Positions 20,906-33,932 of a stretch of DNA of 64,000 bases are shown in pieces. Origin of the DNA: Scenedesmus sp. PABB004 (taxonomy: Eukaryota); contig JABVCE010000018.1 in assembly GCA_014905635.1 (NCBI GenBank), positions 682,001 through 746,000 of the forward strand. The letters are read 5' to 3'. The stretch's first letter is position 1, and each line of letters opens with the position of its first letter. Under the pieces are notes generated by a model. The model made no database searches, was not told the origin of the DNA, and saw only the letters and a program-made list of their open reading frames with translations. The position numbers were made by a program, and so were the translations under genes.

Positions 20906-23126
20906 CTAGACACGAGTCCCTACCCAGGACACCCAGGATTTGTAGTCATAGGGGGCGGCGACTAACTCCACATAGACAGCATAGAATGTGTCATCTGCGT
21001 GCAGCGAGGCGACACGCTTGCTTTTTTAGACCGCTCTGGCAGTGTCGCCTGCAGCGACGCAGCTTTGCCCAACGGCTGGGCGCGTGCAAGGCCAAGAGCT
21101 GTTTGCGCGCAGCGCGTCGCGCACCTTTGGCAACTGAAAAGTACTCCATCTGCCCCCTGCTTGTGGTGGCAACCGTGGTGCAGCTGTCGGGCGTCGCCAC
21201 TGGGCAGCGATACACGCTGTCGTCGGTGCCGACGTAGATGGTGGAGGCGTCGTTGGGCAGCTGGATTAACGGGGCAGATAACGCATAACGCGACCCGAAC
21301 TTGTTCAAACGGTCGCAGGCGTCGGACCGGTCCAACGGGCACCTGGTAAGGGCCGGCGGTGGTGTCAGCGGTGGGCACAGCAACGGGGAGCCAGGTGCAG
21401 CAGAGCGGCGCGTCCGTCTAGCGCCTGAGCCTGATTGTGGCCGGCGGACCCTCCCCCCCGGGGACCTCTCCCAGCATCAATGGGCTCACTTCCATATTAT
21501 GCCGCTGCTAAGGCCAGCAAGCAACACTCCATTGGTGAGCAGCAGCGAGGTAATGCCGCTGCCCGCCTTGTTGTATCGCACGCAGCTGTCGGGAGTGTTG
21601 GGGTCGCACCTGCGTGGCGGTTGGACGCGGTCAGCGTCGCTACGGTGTGCGAGAGAGGAGCGTGTGCGCGCGCGCCGCACTTCCACATCGTGCCGCTGTC
21701 TAGGCCAGCCCACAGCACGCCGTCGCCGTAGGCAAGCGAATATATGGCACTGCCCGCCTTGTTCAGCCTATCGCAGCTGTTGGGCTGCGGCGTAGCGTCG
21801 CACGACCACATGGTGCCGGACGACAGGCCTGCAGCGAGTGCAGCGACACAGGTGGTCAGCCTCGCGCGCGGCGGCCCGTCCCCAGCGGGCGCCCGCTGGC
21901 CCGGCCGGCGCGGCGCGCCGGCCTGCACTGAGCGTGGCAACACGGCGCGCAGTGACGCGCTGCAGCAACGGGGTGCCTGCCCGTGGCTCACTGAAGCCGT
22001 GGCGGCTCACCAGCATAGATGCGGTTGTTCGCGAGCAGAAGGGACGTGTAGATGGTGTTGTAGGCGCACTGGTTGATGAGCGTGCAGCTGTCGGCTGACG
22101 TGGTGCTGCATACAACCTGGCCGAGCGAGCATTGCGGCGTGACACGTGGCGGCGGTGTTGGTGTGCAACATGCTTTGCGCGCGTCGCGCGGCCACACTCA
22201 AGAGCGCCGGCGCGCCGCCGGCGGGCCGCCGGCGCGCCGCCCACCATGTCGTTGCCAGAGGTCGCGATGATGAAGCCCTGGCGCAGGTAGATCATGGGGC
22301 CGCCGCAGGTGTCAGTCTTGTAGCAGTCAGACTTGAGGGCGTTGAACTTGGTGCACGAGTTAGGCTTTGCCTGGTCGCACCGCAGCATCACGCCGTCCGA
22401 CTTCATGACAAAGACAAAGCCATCGGCGACCAGCACCGACTTGATTCTGCCATCAATCGACTGCAGCACGTTGCAGTACGCGCCGCCGTCGTAGGTGGCG
22501 CCGCCGTCGCAACTGAACCCGGAGTCGCTGGCGCCCAGCTCGCCCTTGAAGTCGGTCACGGCGCTCTGCACGCTGGCGAGGTCGGTGTCGTTGGCGTCGC
22601 CGTTGGCGACGGCGTCGGACACGTGTGCCACAGCAGCGCCCAGCAGCGCGCGCCGCCGGCCGGCGCTGGCGGCGACCTCGCCCTTGAAGTCGTCCACCTC
22701 GGACTTCAGGCTGGCGAAGTCCGCGGCGCTGTCGGCCGTGCGACCCCCGCCCTGCTGGGCAAGCCGGCGGCCGTTGCTGTTGGCCAGGGAGGCCTTGGCC
22801 TCGGCGACCTCAGCCTTCAGCGCCGCCATCGACGGCACGTTGTCGTCGTCGCCAGCGTCGGCGGACGAGGCGCTCAGGGCGCGGCCTGCGCGCAGGAGAG
22901 TGAGCACGGCGGCAGCAGCGGCGGCGGCGATTGAGTGAGGGTGCCTGGACGAGATCCAGGCGCGCGCTCAGAGCCCGAGCGCCACCGCCTGCGGCCGCTG
23001 GCGGCGGTCGGCACGCTGACCGCCCAGCCTCCCTGCCAGCCGCGCACCTTGCGCGCCGCTTGCGGCGGCCAGGAGGAGCAGCAGGCTCATTGCCAGGGCG
23101 GTGGGCGCCTTGCGGGGGGAAGCCAT
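20906..23126 (-). CDS. Secreted protein with N-terminal helical repeats and Cys-containing beta-propeller-like repeats (unknown function)
   Basis: Signal peptide (MASPRKAPTALAMSLLLLLAAASG). About 6 repeats of C-x-PNSC-x-(L/Y)N-KAGS-I-SL-x-G-L-AGL-SG-W. Spliced; the 3' end is uncertain. Confidence 0.65.
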
Positions 23127-23651
23127 GGTCGCTGCTGGCGCGTCCGTCGATGACGCAGGGCGCGGGTTCGGTGTGTGGCCCGGGGGAGCGCACCCGCCGC
23201 GCTTATCAAGAGCAGGCGGGTAGAGTGACGTGGGAGAGTGAGTAGGAGCCTTGAGAGTCGCGCGTGTGCGACAGTCGCACACAGTCGCCAGGCGAGGACT
23301 CCCGCCACTCTTTTGCGCGAGACGAAGCCGCCGACGCGGCGACCTCGGGGGCTGATCGGAAGCGGCCCGGCGCGTCGGCGGCCAGCGGGCGGGTGGCTGG
23401 GGCGAGCGAGTCACCGGCCGCCGCGAGTGAGCGCTGCTGATGGGTGGGGCTGCTGTGATGGGTGGGGCCATCGCCGCCATCAAGGCCGCGCAAACGGACG
23501 CGCGCCAACGTTGCACGAGACGTCCCGCAGCAAACCAACAGCAACTGCCTCACTCACCCGCGCGCGCCGCGCACCGTCGCTGCTGCGCGCAAACCACGCA
23601 CGCAGCGCGCGAAGCTGCCTGCTCGCGCGCGGATGCCCGCGCGCGCGCAGC

Positions 23652-23940
23652 TCAAAGCTCCATGGCGGCCGCGGCGTCGCCGCCCCCGCCGCCCTCGCCC
23701 GCCACCGTGGCACCGGCCGGCGCCGTCGCCGCGGGTGCCGCGTCGGCGTCGACGGGCATGGGCGCCTCGCCGCCGCCGCTGGGCGGCACGCCCGACGCCG
23801 TGGGCTCCGCCTGTGAGCCGCCGGCTGCCGCGGCCGCCGCGGACGACGACGGCCTCGCCTCCGCTGCGGCCGCCGCCGCGCGCGCGGGCGCGGGCGGCCA
23901 CGCGCGGGGGCTGCAGTTGAAGAGCAGCGCCTTGGTGACC

Positions 23941-24014
<74 letters not shown>

Positions 24015-24275
24015 GAGGCAGGGCGGGTGCCCGAGGGCCGCGGGCCGCGCCCGCTGGCTGGCGGCGGGGCGGCTAGGCGGCGGCGCGCCGACGGCGCGGC
24101 CGCCTGGCAGCCAGCCAGCCAGCCGTGCCTGGTTGCTGAGGTGCTTGATCTGCTCGTCGACAGCTTGGTCGTGTCACAGCAGATCTTGAGCAGCGGCCCC
24201 TCCTAGCCCTTTCTTGCGCTCACCGCCAAAGCGCCCGAGCCGCGCGCCCTGCGCCAGCTGGCCGTCGGCCTGCGC

Positions 24276-24316
<41 letters not shown>

Positions 24317-24512
24317 CGGCAGGTCGGCGCCGCCCCCGCCGCCGCCGCGCCCCTCTGCCGCCGCCCCGCACGCACGCCGCCGCCCTCGCCCGACGCCCCG
24401 CCCGTCCCCGCCCGTCCCCGTCCGTCCCCGCCCCCCACCTGCTCCAGCTTCTCCGCGATGTCCACGATCTGCCCCGCCGCAAACTCGCGGTTTGCGAGCA
24501 GCGGGCTTGCAG
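23652..24512 (-). pseudogene. CSN5: COP9 signalosome subunit 5 C-terminal fragment, frameshifted
   Basis: SPLLANREFAAGQIVDIAEKLEQ|ADGQLAQG...KK/EGPLLKICCDTTKLS/EQIKHLSNQ|VTKALLFNC matches the CSN5 C-terminus (SPLL...GQISDLAEKLEQAE...LAKITRDSAKITVEQ...QVIKDILFN). There are two frame breaks near 24205 and 24157, and no MPN/JAMM domain upstream. Confidence 0.75.
23942..24011. repeat. (GGC)~23 microsatellite in an intron
   Basis: Uninterrupted GGC run. Confidence 0.95.
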
Positions 24513-25126
24513 CGCGCGCTCCCGCAAGCCGGGGTAGCACCACGCCAGCGCCGCTGACACCGCCGCAACCGCCGCCACGGCGGCCGCCGCCTGCAAGACC
24601 GAGCGGCTCGTGGCGCGCCGGCGACGCACGCGTTGCAAATGCGCAGCGCCAGCGCCGCCCACGTCGCGGCCGAGCACAACTGCCCCCGCCCTTCTGCTCT
24701 CCCCGCTGCCCCGCGCGCGCTCGTCCTTGCCCCTTGTGTGTCACGCGTCCATGCTTGACGCCGCCCTCACACTTCAATAGTGCCGCCCCGCCAAGCCGCG
24801 ACCGTGCAGCGCGCCGCGCGCGCAGCCGCTGCGCGCTCGGCGCAGGACGGCGTACATGGGTGTCATGTTTAATGGTCGCAGAGCCACGACGCGAGCGTGT
24901 TGGCGCGCCCCGCGGGCGAGCGCGTCGCCAGGGCTTTGCGCCGAACAGCGCGACCAGCCGACCGTCCAGTCGTGCTCTCAGACACAGTATAGCTCTTGAG
25001 AGCTGCTCCCACCACACAGAGCGGCCGCGGGACCCGCGCAGGCGCCGCGGAGGATGGCAGCGACGGCGGCGCCCGCCGCCGCGCGCCGAGCGGCTTGCCG
25101 GGCGGCCTGAGGGCAGGCAGGCGACC

Positions 25127-28100
25127 ATGAGCGCCCTGACGCTTCTCCTGGCGGCGCTGGCGGCCGCGGCGGCGGCGGCAGCGGCGGCGGCAGCAGCGGC
25201 GCCGCCGCCGCCGCCCGCCGCGGAGCCCGTCTGCGGCGTCGCGCCGGCGCGCATGCCCCTGTTCGACGACTCCACGACCGCGTGCTGGCAGTGGGGCCCG
25301 CGGAACGGGCGGCTGCGCTGGCGCGCGGCGGCGGCGGCGCCGGAGCAGCCGAGCGCCGTCGCAGCCTCCTGGGCGGAGCTGGTGCGCCTGGTGGCCGCCG
25401 CCGACGGGCCGCTCGCGGTCCGCCTGGCGCCCGGCACGCACACGGTGACAGCGCCGCTGCGCCTGGGCGCCGACGCGCCAGCCGTGGTCATCAGCGGGCC
25501 GGCGACGATCGAGTGCGGCGGCGGCGGCAGCGGCGGCAGCGGCCGTGCCGGCAGTGCGTTCATCATCACCGGCTCGGCGGGCGTGGAGCTGCGGGACCTC
25601 ACGATACGGGGCTGCAGCGGCACGGCGATCACCGTCAACGCGAGCGCGCCGAGCGCGACCGCGCCGCTCGCGGGCGGCGACGCTGGCCCGCCGCCGCCGC
25701 CGCACCTGCTGCTGCGCCGCGTCGCGCTTCGGCGCTGCGCCGGCGAGCGCGGCGGCGGCGTGGCGGCGACGCGCAGCCGCGTGGTGGCCGTGGACTGCGT
25801 CTTTGATGGCAACGCCGCGTCGGGCTGCGGCGGCGCGGTGTGGGCGGACCGCTCCGCGCTGCTGCTGGACGGCAGCTCCTTCACGGCCAACACCGGCAAC
25901 AAGTGCGGCGGCGACGGAGGGCGCGGGAGGGCGCAGGGGCGGGGCGGGGGGAGGGGCGGGCTGCTGCGGGACGGCTGCGGCGCGCTCACGCCCGCCCGCC
26001 GCCCGCGCCGCACCGCTGCGCGCAGTACGGCCGCGGACGACGTCTGCCGCGGCGGCGCGGTGCACGCGCAGGCGAGCTGGGTGGGCGTGACGGGGTGCCG
26101 CTTCGCCGGCAACGCCGGCGTCAACGGCAGCGCGCTGCTGCTGGTGGAGCCGGTGGGCGTCGCGCAGGTGCACGACAGCACCTTCGACGGCAACCGCCCG
26201 CGCCGCGGCGTGTCGGCGCAGTTCAAGGCCTCCACTGGCGCCGTGTCGGTGCTCGGCGCTGACCGCGCCGCCGCGGCCGCGGACGAGGACGAGGGCGCGC
26301 AGCTGTACCCGTTCCGGCTGGCGCGGCGCGCGCCGGGCGGCGGCGCTGCGCAGCCCTGCGAGCCGCCGCGGCAGGGCCTCGCGCTCGTGGGCTGCCGCTT
26401 CGCGAACAACACCGCCGCGCCCGCGGGTGCGGGGCGCGCGCGCGGCGCGCGCGGCGCCGGCACCGCCTGCCCGCCCGCCCACGGCCGCCGCGCCGCGCCG
26501 CGTCGCCGCAGGCGGCATGGGCGGCGCGGTGTCTGCGCACACCGCGTTCCTGGGGCTTTACAACTGCTCCCTGCGCGGCGCGCCCGACGGCCGCGGCGGC
26601 GCCGGCAGCGCGGGTGCAGGCGGCGGCGACGGCGACGACAGCGAGGGCGCCGGCGGGGGCGGGATTGGCGCGTTTCAGGGCGGCTGCGTGTATGGGCGCT
26701 ACGCCGACCTCCTGCTGTCCGGCTGCGCGCTCGCGCACTGCAACGCGCGCTTCGTCGGCGGCGGGCTGCGCGCGTCGCGCTCGACCGCGGTGCTGCGTGA
26801 CACCACGCTGGACGACTGCTACGCAGACATGGTGCGCCCGCGGCGGGCGCGAGCCGGCCCGGCGGGCTTGCGGGCTTGCGCTGGGGCCCGCCCCGCGCCC
26901 TGCTCGGCAGACCCCGCGCCGCCGCCGCCGCCGCGGCGTGGCCGTCAGGGCGGCGGCGTGATCGCGACCGACAGCCAGCTGGTGATGGCGGGCGTGGCGC
27001 TGCGGCGCGCGCGCGGGCTGAGCATCGGCGCGGGCGTCTACCTTGAGAGCAACGTGGCCACCGACGCGCACCTGGGCAACATCACGCTCGACCGCTGCGC
27101 CTGCGCGGGCAAGGGCGGCGGGCTGTACGCTGAGATTCTGGGGGCCGACGCGGAGCTGCGGCTCACCCTGCACGGCGCCCGCGTCACGCGCAACACGGTG
27201 CGCGCCGCGCGCCGCGCGCCGCGCGCCGCGCAGGCGCTCCGCCCTCAGCCGGCGCGCCCGCCCGCCCGCCCGCCCGCCCGCCCGCGCCGGCGCCGGCGCC
27301 GCGCAGGCGTTGCTGGGCGGCGGCCTGCTGCTCGCGGGCGTCACGCGCGGCGAGCTGGCCGGCAACCTGGTGGCGCACAACGCGGCGAGCCAGTTTGGCG
27401 GCGGGCTCGAGTGCCACGCGCCGTATGGCTCAGGGTACCGCCTGGCGCTGCTGGGCAACACCTGGCTCAACAACTCCGCGGCCGTGGGCGGCGGCGGCGT
27501 GAGCCTGCGCCCCTGCAACGCCACGATCAGGGGCGACCGCCTGCTCGCCAACCGCGCGGGCCAGGAGGGCGGCGGGCTCGCGCTGCTCGGCGGCACTGGC
27601 GTGTCGCTGCAGCGCGTGCTGCTGGCCTGCAACGCCGCGAGCGCGGGCGGCGGCGCCGTCGTGCGCGTGTCGGAGGAGGGCGAGGACAGCGCGCTCGCCG
27701 TCGCCTGCAGCAACGTCACCGCCAACGGCGGCGAGCCCGACCCCGCCGGCCAGGAGGCGTGCTTGGCGCGCGTCGCAGCGGCGCACGCTGCGACCGGACG
27801 CCTCGGCGCCGCCGCGGCGCGGGCCCTGCTCAGCGGCCCGCCCGGCACGGCGCGGGGCGGCGGCCTGCTGGTCGGGGTGGACCAGGCGGCGCGCCTGGTC
27901 GCGAGCGCCGTCGTCGGCAACGCTGCGTCGAGCTCGGGCGGCGGCGTGCACGTTGACAGCAACGCGACGCTTACGCTCGCAGCGCCCGGCGGCGCCGTGA
28001 GCCACAACAATTGCACGTCCGGCTCCGGCGGCGGCGCGTACCTGGACGAGGGCGCGGCGCTCGTCGCCGCCGACGCCGAGTGGCGCGGCAACCGGGTGCG

Positions 28101-31100
28101 CTGCACGGGGCAGTCGGGCGAGGGAGGGAGGGTGTGGGTGGAGGCAGGGAGGGGGGCGAGCCGGCAAAGCGGCGCGGCGCGGCGCGGCGCGGCGCGGCGC
28201 GGCGCGGCGCAGCCGCACCCGCCGAGCGCCGCCGCGTGCCGCGCGCCACAGGCGGTCTTTGGCGGCGCGCTGTTTGCGACGGGCGGCGAGACCGAGGCGT
28301 CGCTGTCGCGGTGCGCCCTCGCCGACAACGCCGCCGCGGCGGGCGGCGCGGTCGCGACCTACGGCGGCACCGCGCTGTCGCTCGATGCCTGCGCGCTCGT
28401 CGGCAATGCGGCGCAGGCCGGCGGCGCGCTGATGCTGCACGACGGCGGCTCAGAGCTGTCGCGCTGCGTGCTGGCCAACAACACCGCCGCCGCCGCGGGC
28501 GGCACCGCGCCGGGCGGCGCCGGCGCCGGCAGCATCCAGTTTGCGGCGGCGCCCGTGCCGGTCGAGGCGGGCGGCGGCGCGTACGTGTGGGGCGGCAGCC
28601 TGCGCCTGGAGCGCTGCGTGCTCGACGCCAACGCCGCGCACGGCGGCGGCGGCCGCGGCGGCGCCGTGTACCTGGACGGCGGCGCGCTGTCGGTGCACGA
28701 CTCCAACCTCACGCGCAACTGGGCGGGCGCCGTGGGCGGCGCCGTCGCGCTCGGCCCGCGCGGCGCGGCGCAGGCGCTGGAGCTGCGCGGCGGCAGCCTC
28801 GCCGGCAACGCCGCGGGCTGGCACGGCGGCGCCGTCGCGGCGGGGCTGCTGCTGCCGGGCGACGCGCGCGCGGCGGCGGGCGGCGTCGGCAGCGGCGGCG
28901 GCGCGGCGTGGCGCGTCAACATCACCGCCGCGCGCCTCGCCGACAACGCGGCGGGCCGGCAGGGCGGCGCCGTGGCGTGCAGCTTCTGCGACGGGCTGGA
29001 CCTCTCGGGCACGGCGCTGCTGCGCAACGCGGCCGGCCAGACGGGCGGCGGGCTGAGCTGCGTCGGCTGCACGCGCGTCGCGCTGACCGACTGCGCGTTT
29101 GAGGCCAACCAGGCCGCCTCGGGCGGCGGCGCCTCGCTGCTCGCGTCTGGCGCCGGCTCGCGCGTGGACGGCTGCGCCTTCACTGCCAACCGCGCCACGC
29201 TGGCCGCGGCGGGCGAGGCGGCGGCCAGGCTGCGCCGCGCCGGCGCGCCCGACGCGCCCGGCGCGCCCGGCGGTGGCGGCGCCCCGCCGTCCCTGCCCAC
29301 GCCGGCGAGCGCGCTGCCCTCGTGCAGCGTGGCGGGCACGGGCGGCGGGCTGTGCGTGGGCCTGCTGCAGGCGGGGCTCGCCCTCGGCGGCGGCGCTGCG
29401 TTTGAGGGCAATGCCGCGCTCTACGGCGCCGGCCTGTTTGTGGAGGCCTGCACCGCCGGGCCGCGCGCGTGCCCGCTGGCGCTCAGCCCCGGCGGCGTCA
29501 CCTTTGCGCGCAACGCCGCGCCCGGGCGCGCGCTGCGCGGCGCGCCCGCGAGCGCCCGCGCGCTGCTGCGCGACCTCGCCGCCGGCGGCGCGGCCGGCGC
29601 GGCGCCGGGGCAGCCCGCGGCGCTGGGGTCGGGTGCTGACGTGTACGTCACCAACGCGACCGTCCTGGTGCTGGCAGAGCCGCCCCGCGGCGGCAGCGCC
29701 GGCGGCGGCGGCGAGGCCGCTGGCCGGCGCCTGACGGCAGAGGGGGCGGAGGCGCCCGGCGGCGCCCTGGACGCCGCGCGCGCGCTCACGGCGAGCGTGC
29801 GCGCCGACGGCGGCGGCGGCGACGGCGCGGTGACGACGGGCCCCGCGCTGCTGGGCCTGCAGCTCGCCGGCGCCGCGCGCGCGCAGGGCGACGGCGCGAC
29901 CGGCGCGGCGCGGCCGGTCGACGACGCCGGGCGGCTGGCGCGCATGTCGCTGCCCGTGCTGGACCAGCTCGGCGGCCGCGTGTCGCCGGGCGTCGCCGCG
30001 CAGCTGAGCGTGGAGGCGACCGCAGACTTTGGCAACTGCAGCGCCTGCCAGCTCGCGGGCGTGGTCAAGGTGCTGCCCGTGGGCGGCGTCGCGGTGTTCG
30101 ACGGCCTCACCCTCCTCGCGCCGCCTGGGAGCAACCAGACCGTCCGCTTCACGCTGCTCGCGCCCGCGGGCGCCGCGCTGGCGGGCGGCGGCCGCGCCGT
30201 CGACGTCGCGCTGCCGGCGTGCGGCTGGGGCCAGGCGAGCACGCCGGTGGGGTGCTACAGCTGCACGCGCCCCCTCTTCACCTTCAGCCCCGCCACGGAG
30301 AGCTGCAGCATCTGCCCGCCCTCCACCGCGCTGTGCAGCGGCACCAGCCTGCTGCCGGCCGACGGCTTCTGGAACAGCGACCTGCTCAGCACGCGCATGC
30401 ACCTCTGCTCCACGCGCAAGGCGTGCGTCAGGTGCGGCGCCACCGCACGCGCGGCCGCCGCGCGCGTCGCACGGCCGTCGCGCGCGTCGCACGGCCGCCG
30501 CGCGCTTTGCGCGACCCGCCGCCGCCGCCCCGCCGCAGGGACGCGTCGGCCCAGCTCGCGCTGCGCTGCCTGCAGCAGCAGCAGCTGCTGCTGGCAAATC
30601 CCGACGCACCGCTGGATATCGCGCCGCCCACGGGCGCGGCGGCGCTCACGCCCTGGCAGGAGGTGCGGCGCACGTGCACGCCGGTGCTCGCGCGCCTCGC
30701 GGCCGCCGACGCGGCCGACGCGCCGCCGGCCGGGCTGGCCGCGGCCGCGTCGGCCGCGTCGGCCGTCGTCGCGGCCGCGTTCAACAGCAGCGACGCCGTG
30801 TTTGCCGCGCGCGAGCGCCTGATGTGTGCGCGGGGCTACAGCGGCGTGCTGTGCAGCAACTGCGACTTCCCGGGCGCGCCGGAGCGCGGCGGCGCGTACG
30901 GCGCGTTCATCGGCTCCTGCCAGCGCTGCCCCTCGCGCGGCGTGTCGGTGCTGACGTACGGCCTCGCGCGCCTCTTTGACATCGCCTGCGTCACCGTGAT
31001 CATCGTGGTGTCGCTCGTGGAGATGCGGGAGCGCCGGCACGACGCGCGGGCCATCCGCGCCGCGGCGGCGCGCAAGGCGGCGCGCGGCGAGGGCCCCGGC

Positions 31101-33484
31101 GCGGCGCGGGCGGACAAGCCGTCGCGCGCGGAGCTGGAGCAGCTGGAGCGCGACGCGGTGGCCGCGGGCGCCGCAGCGGCGGGGGCGGCGGCGGCGGCTG
31201 CGGCGGCGGGGACGCCTCCGAGGGTGCAGGCGCCGCCCGGGCAGCTGGCGCTGCAGCCGTCGGTGCAGCCGCAGCTCACACCGCAGGCGTCGGGGCAGCT
31301 GGCGCTGCAGCCGTCGGTGCAGCCGCCGCTGGCGGCGGAGCCGTCGGGGCAGCCGCCCCCGCAGCCGTCGCAGCTGGCAGAGCCGTCCATGGAGCTGTCG
31401 TGGCTGTCGGAGCAGTCAACGCAGCTGCCGGGGGCGCTGTCGTTGCGTTCCTTGCAGTCGGCGGAGCTGTCCGAGGGGCAGCTGCCAGCCGCGCTGCCGC
31501 AGCAGGCGGCGCCGCTGCCGCGGCAGCTGCAACACGCGATGCAGCTGGACCAGCTGATACAGCAGTCGGCCCGGCTGCAGCAGGCGATGCAGCCGCAGGC
31601 GCTTGGGCAGGCGCCGCGGCAGCGCTCGGCGCAGGCGCGGCCGGTGCTCACGGGCCGCGCCGCCGAGCGCGCGTGGCAGGAGCGCCAGGCGGCGGCCGCG
31701 GCGCCAGCGGCGGCCGCGGCGGCCGCGGCGCCAGCGGCGCCGGCGGGCGACGCGGCGGGCCCGTCCGCGGCCGGCGCCGCGGCCGCCGACGCCCCGGCGG
31801 CGCCCGGCGGCGCGGCGGCCGGGGCGGGTGGGACCGAGGCGCGTGCGCCGCCGCAGTGCAAGGCGGCGAAGCGCGCGAAGCGCCGCCGCGCGCCGTTGTT
31901 TGCGCGCGAGCGCCCCGGGCCCGACGGCACGATGCTCCTCTCGCTGATGCCTCACCTCACCAACAGCGAGCTGCTCGAGGTGCGCGGGGGCCCACCGGCG
32001 CGCAGCCCTGCTGCGTGCTGAGGCGCCCCCGCCGCGCCCGCGCCGCGCCCCCGCCGCGCGCCACTGCCCGCCCACCGCTCCCCCGCCCACCGCTCACCTG
32101 CCCCGCTTGCCCCGCCTGCTGCCCCGCCCCCCCCCGTCTCCCCCCCCCCCCCACACACACACACACGCACACACACAGGTGTTGAAGGATTACCTGCAGG
32201 TCGTCGGCATCCTGCAGGTCTCGCTGCAGGGCCTGCAGTCGGTCGCCGACGCGGCGGTGCAGGTCATCGCCGCGACGCCGAGCCAGACGGAGGCCTGGAT
32301 GTCGCTCGACTGCCTCCTCCCGCGCAGCCAGGCCGTGGCGGACGCCATGGAGCTGTACCACCTCGCCGCGGCCTTCCTGCTGCCAGGCGCGCGCGCCGAC
32401 GACGCCGCACCCGCCGCACCAGCCACGGCCGCGGCTGGCCGGCGGGGCGCGGCCGTCGTCGCTGACGCTGGCGCGCTCCCCTGACCTGCCCCGCGCCCCT
32501 CCGCCCCCCCCCCCAGCCGCCTACACTGCCCTCATCCTCGCCGCCTGGGCTGCGTACGGCCTGTGGCTCGCGCGGCGGCGCCGCGTGCGGCTGCGCGGCG
32601 CTGCGCTGCGCGCGGCGCTGGGCCCGGGCGTCGCGTGCAGCCTGCTGGAGGCGCTCTCATTCTTCTACCCCTCCCTCGCGACCGCCGTGCTCGGCGTGTT
32701 TGCCTGCCGCGCGCTCGACCCGCCCGCGCCGGGCGTGCCCGGCGAGGCGCTGCGGGCGGGCGGGTGGTTCTGGACCTCCAACCTCTCGCGGCCGTGCTTC
32801 GCCGACCCGGTGCACCGCGGCCTCGTGCTCGGCCTGGGCGTGCCCGGCACGCTCGTGCTGCTCGCGTACCCGGTGGCCCAGGCGCTCGCGCTGCGCGCCG
32901 CCGCGGCCGCGGGGTCGCTGCACCCCGCGTCGTCGTGGTTTGTGCGCTACGGGTTCCTGGTCGAGGCGTACCGCCCGCGGCTCTTCTGGTGGGGCAGCCT
33001 CGTGGAGCTGCGCAAGCTCCTGCTCGTCGCGCTCGTCCTCGGCCTCGGCCCCGCCGGCCGCGGCGCGCAGCTCGTCGCGTGCGCCGCCGTGCTGCTCGGC
33101 TCGCTCGGCCTCACGCAGTGCCTGCTGCCCTATCCATACCGCGTGCTCAACCGCCTGCACCTCGGCGCCAACGCCTCCCTGCTCGGCGTGGTCTGGCTCA
33201 ACCTGCTCGTCGTCACCAGCCCCAGCGGCGCCGGGCCCGCGGGCGGCGGGCTGCGCCCGGGCGCCGCGCTCGTGCTGCAGCTGCTCAGCGTCGCGCTCGT
33301 CGGCGCGACCGCGCTCGCGCTCGGCAGCGTCCTCGCCGGCCGCGTGCTGCGCCAGGGCCTCGCCGCGCTCGACGCCGACGGCGACGGCCGCGTGAGCGCC
33401 GCCGACGTGGCCGCCACGCTCGCCAAGGTGCGCGGCATGCTCCCGCAGCGCCGCGGCGCGCCGCGGCGCGGCGGCCGCGCGTGA
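25127..33484 (+). CDS. Second Pmp-like beta-helix, Cys-rich, multi-TM surface protein with a C-terminal EF-hand-like motif
   Basis: Signal peptide MSALTLLLAALAA; numerous FxGN...GGAV repeats; CYSC/CSICP/CARGYSGVLCSNC; TM region with RYGFLVEAYRPRLFWW...ELRKLLL; DADGDGRVSAAD at 33371-33406. Confidence 0.85.
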
Positions 33485-33932
33485 GCCGCGTGTGTGGTGC
33501 GGGCTCGCACGTGCGAGACGGCCAGCGTCGTCGCGTGGCCGCGCCGCGGCCTGCGTCAGGGGGCCGGCTCCGCACGCTGTGCGTGCCGTGCCGTGCATGC
33601 TGTTGGGCCAGCACTGTTCCCTCGAGATTCCCCCATGGGGCGGCCGCCATTCCTTGATTTTTGAACGTTGAGGTGCTCTGAGCAAGCAGGCGATCTTGAG
33701 CATCGCGGGACTGATTGATTGCGTTTGATTGCGCGGCGTGTGTGCCAAGGCTGGCACCGTGCCGCGGCGAGCACCTCGCTGGGCCACCGCGTCGGGCCGC
33801 CAGGGCCCAGCGTGTGCTGCGGTTGACGGTCGTGGTTTTGTGTCGGCGGTGGACTGCCTGTACATTGAAAGTTTGATCTCGCAGGCTTGGCCACGGGCAC
33901 GGCGCCCCTCCCGAGCGCCACGCCGCACCACA

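Noticed and set aside
24174..24176. In-frame TGA (DLL*HDQ) as possible selenocysteine or read-through
   Set aside because: The CSN5-homologous reading here is in another frame (LLKICCDTTKLS), so the stop is a frameshift by-product.
33650..33890. AT-richer tract upstream of the UAP1 duplicate as an ncRNA or element remnant
   Set aside because: No recognisable RNA motifs, repeats or coding similarity by eye.
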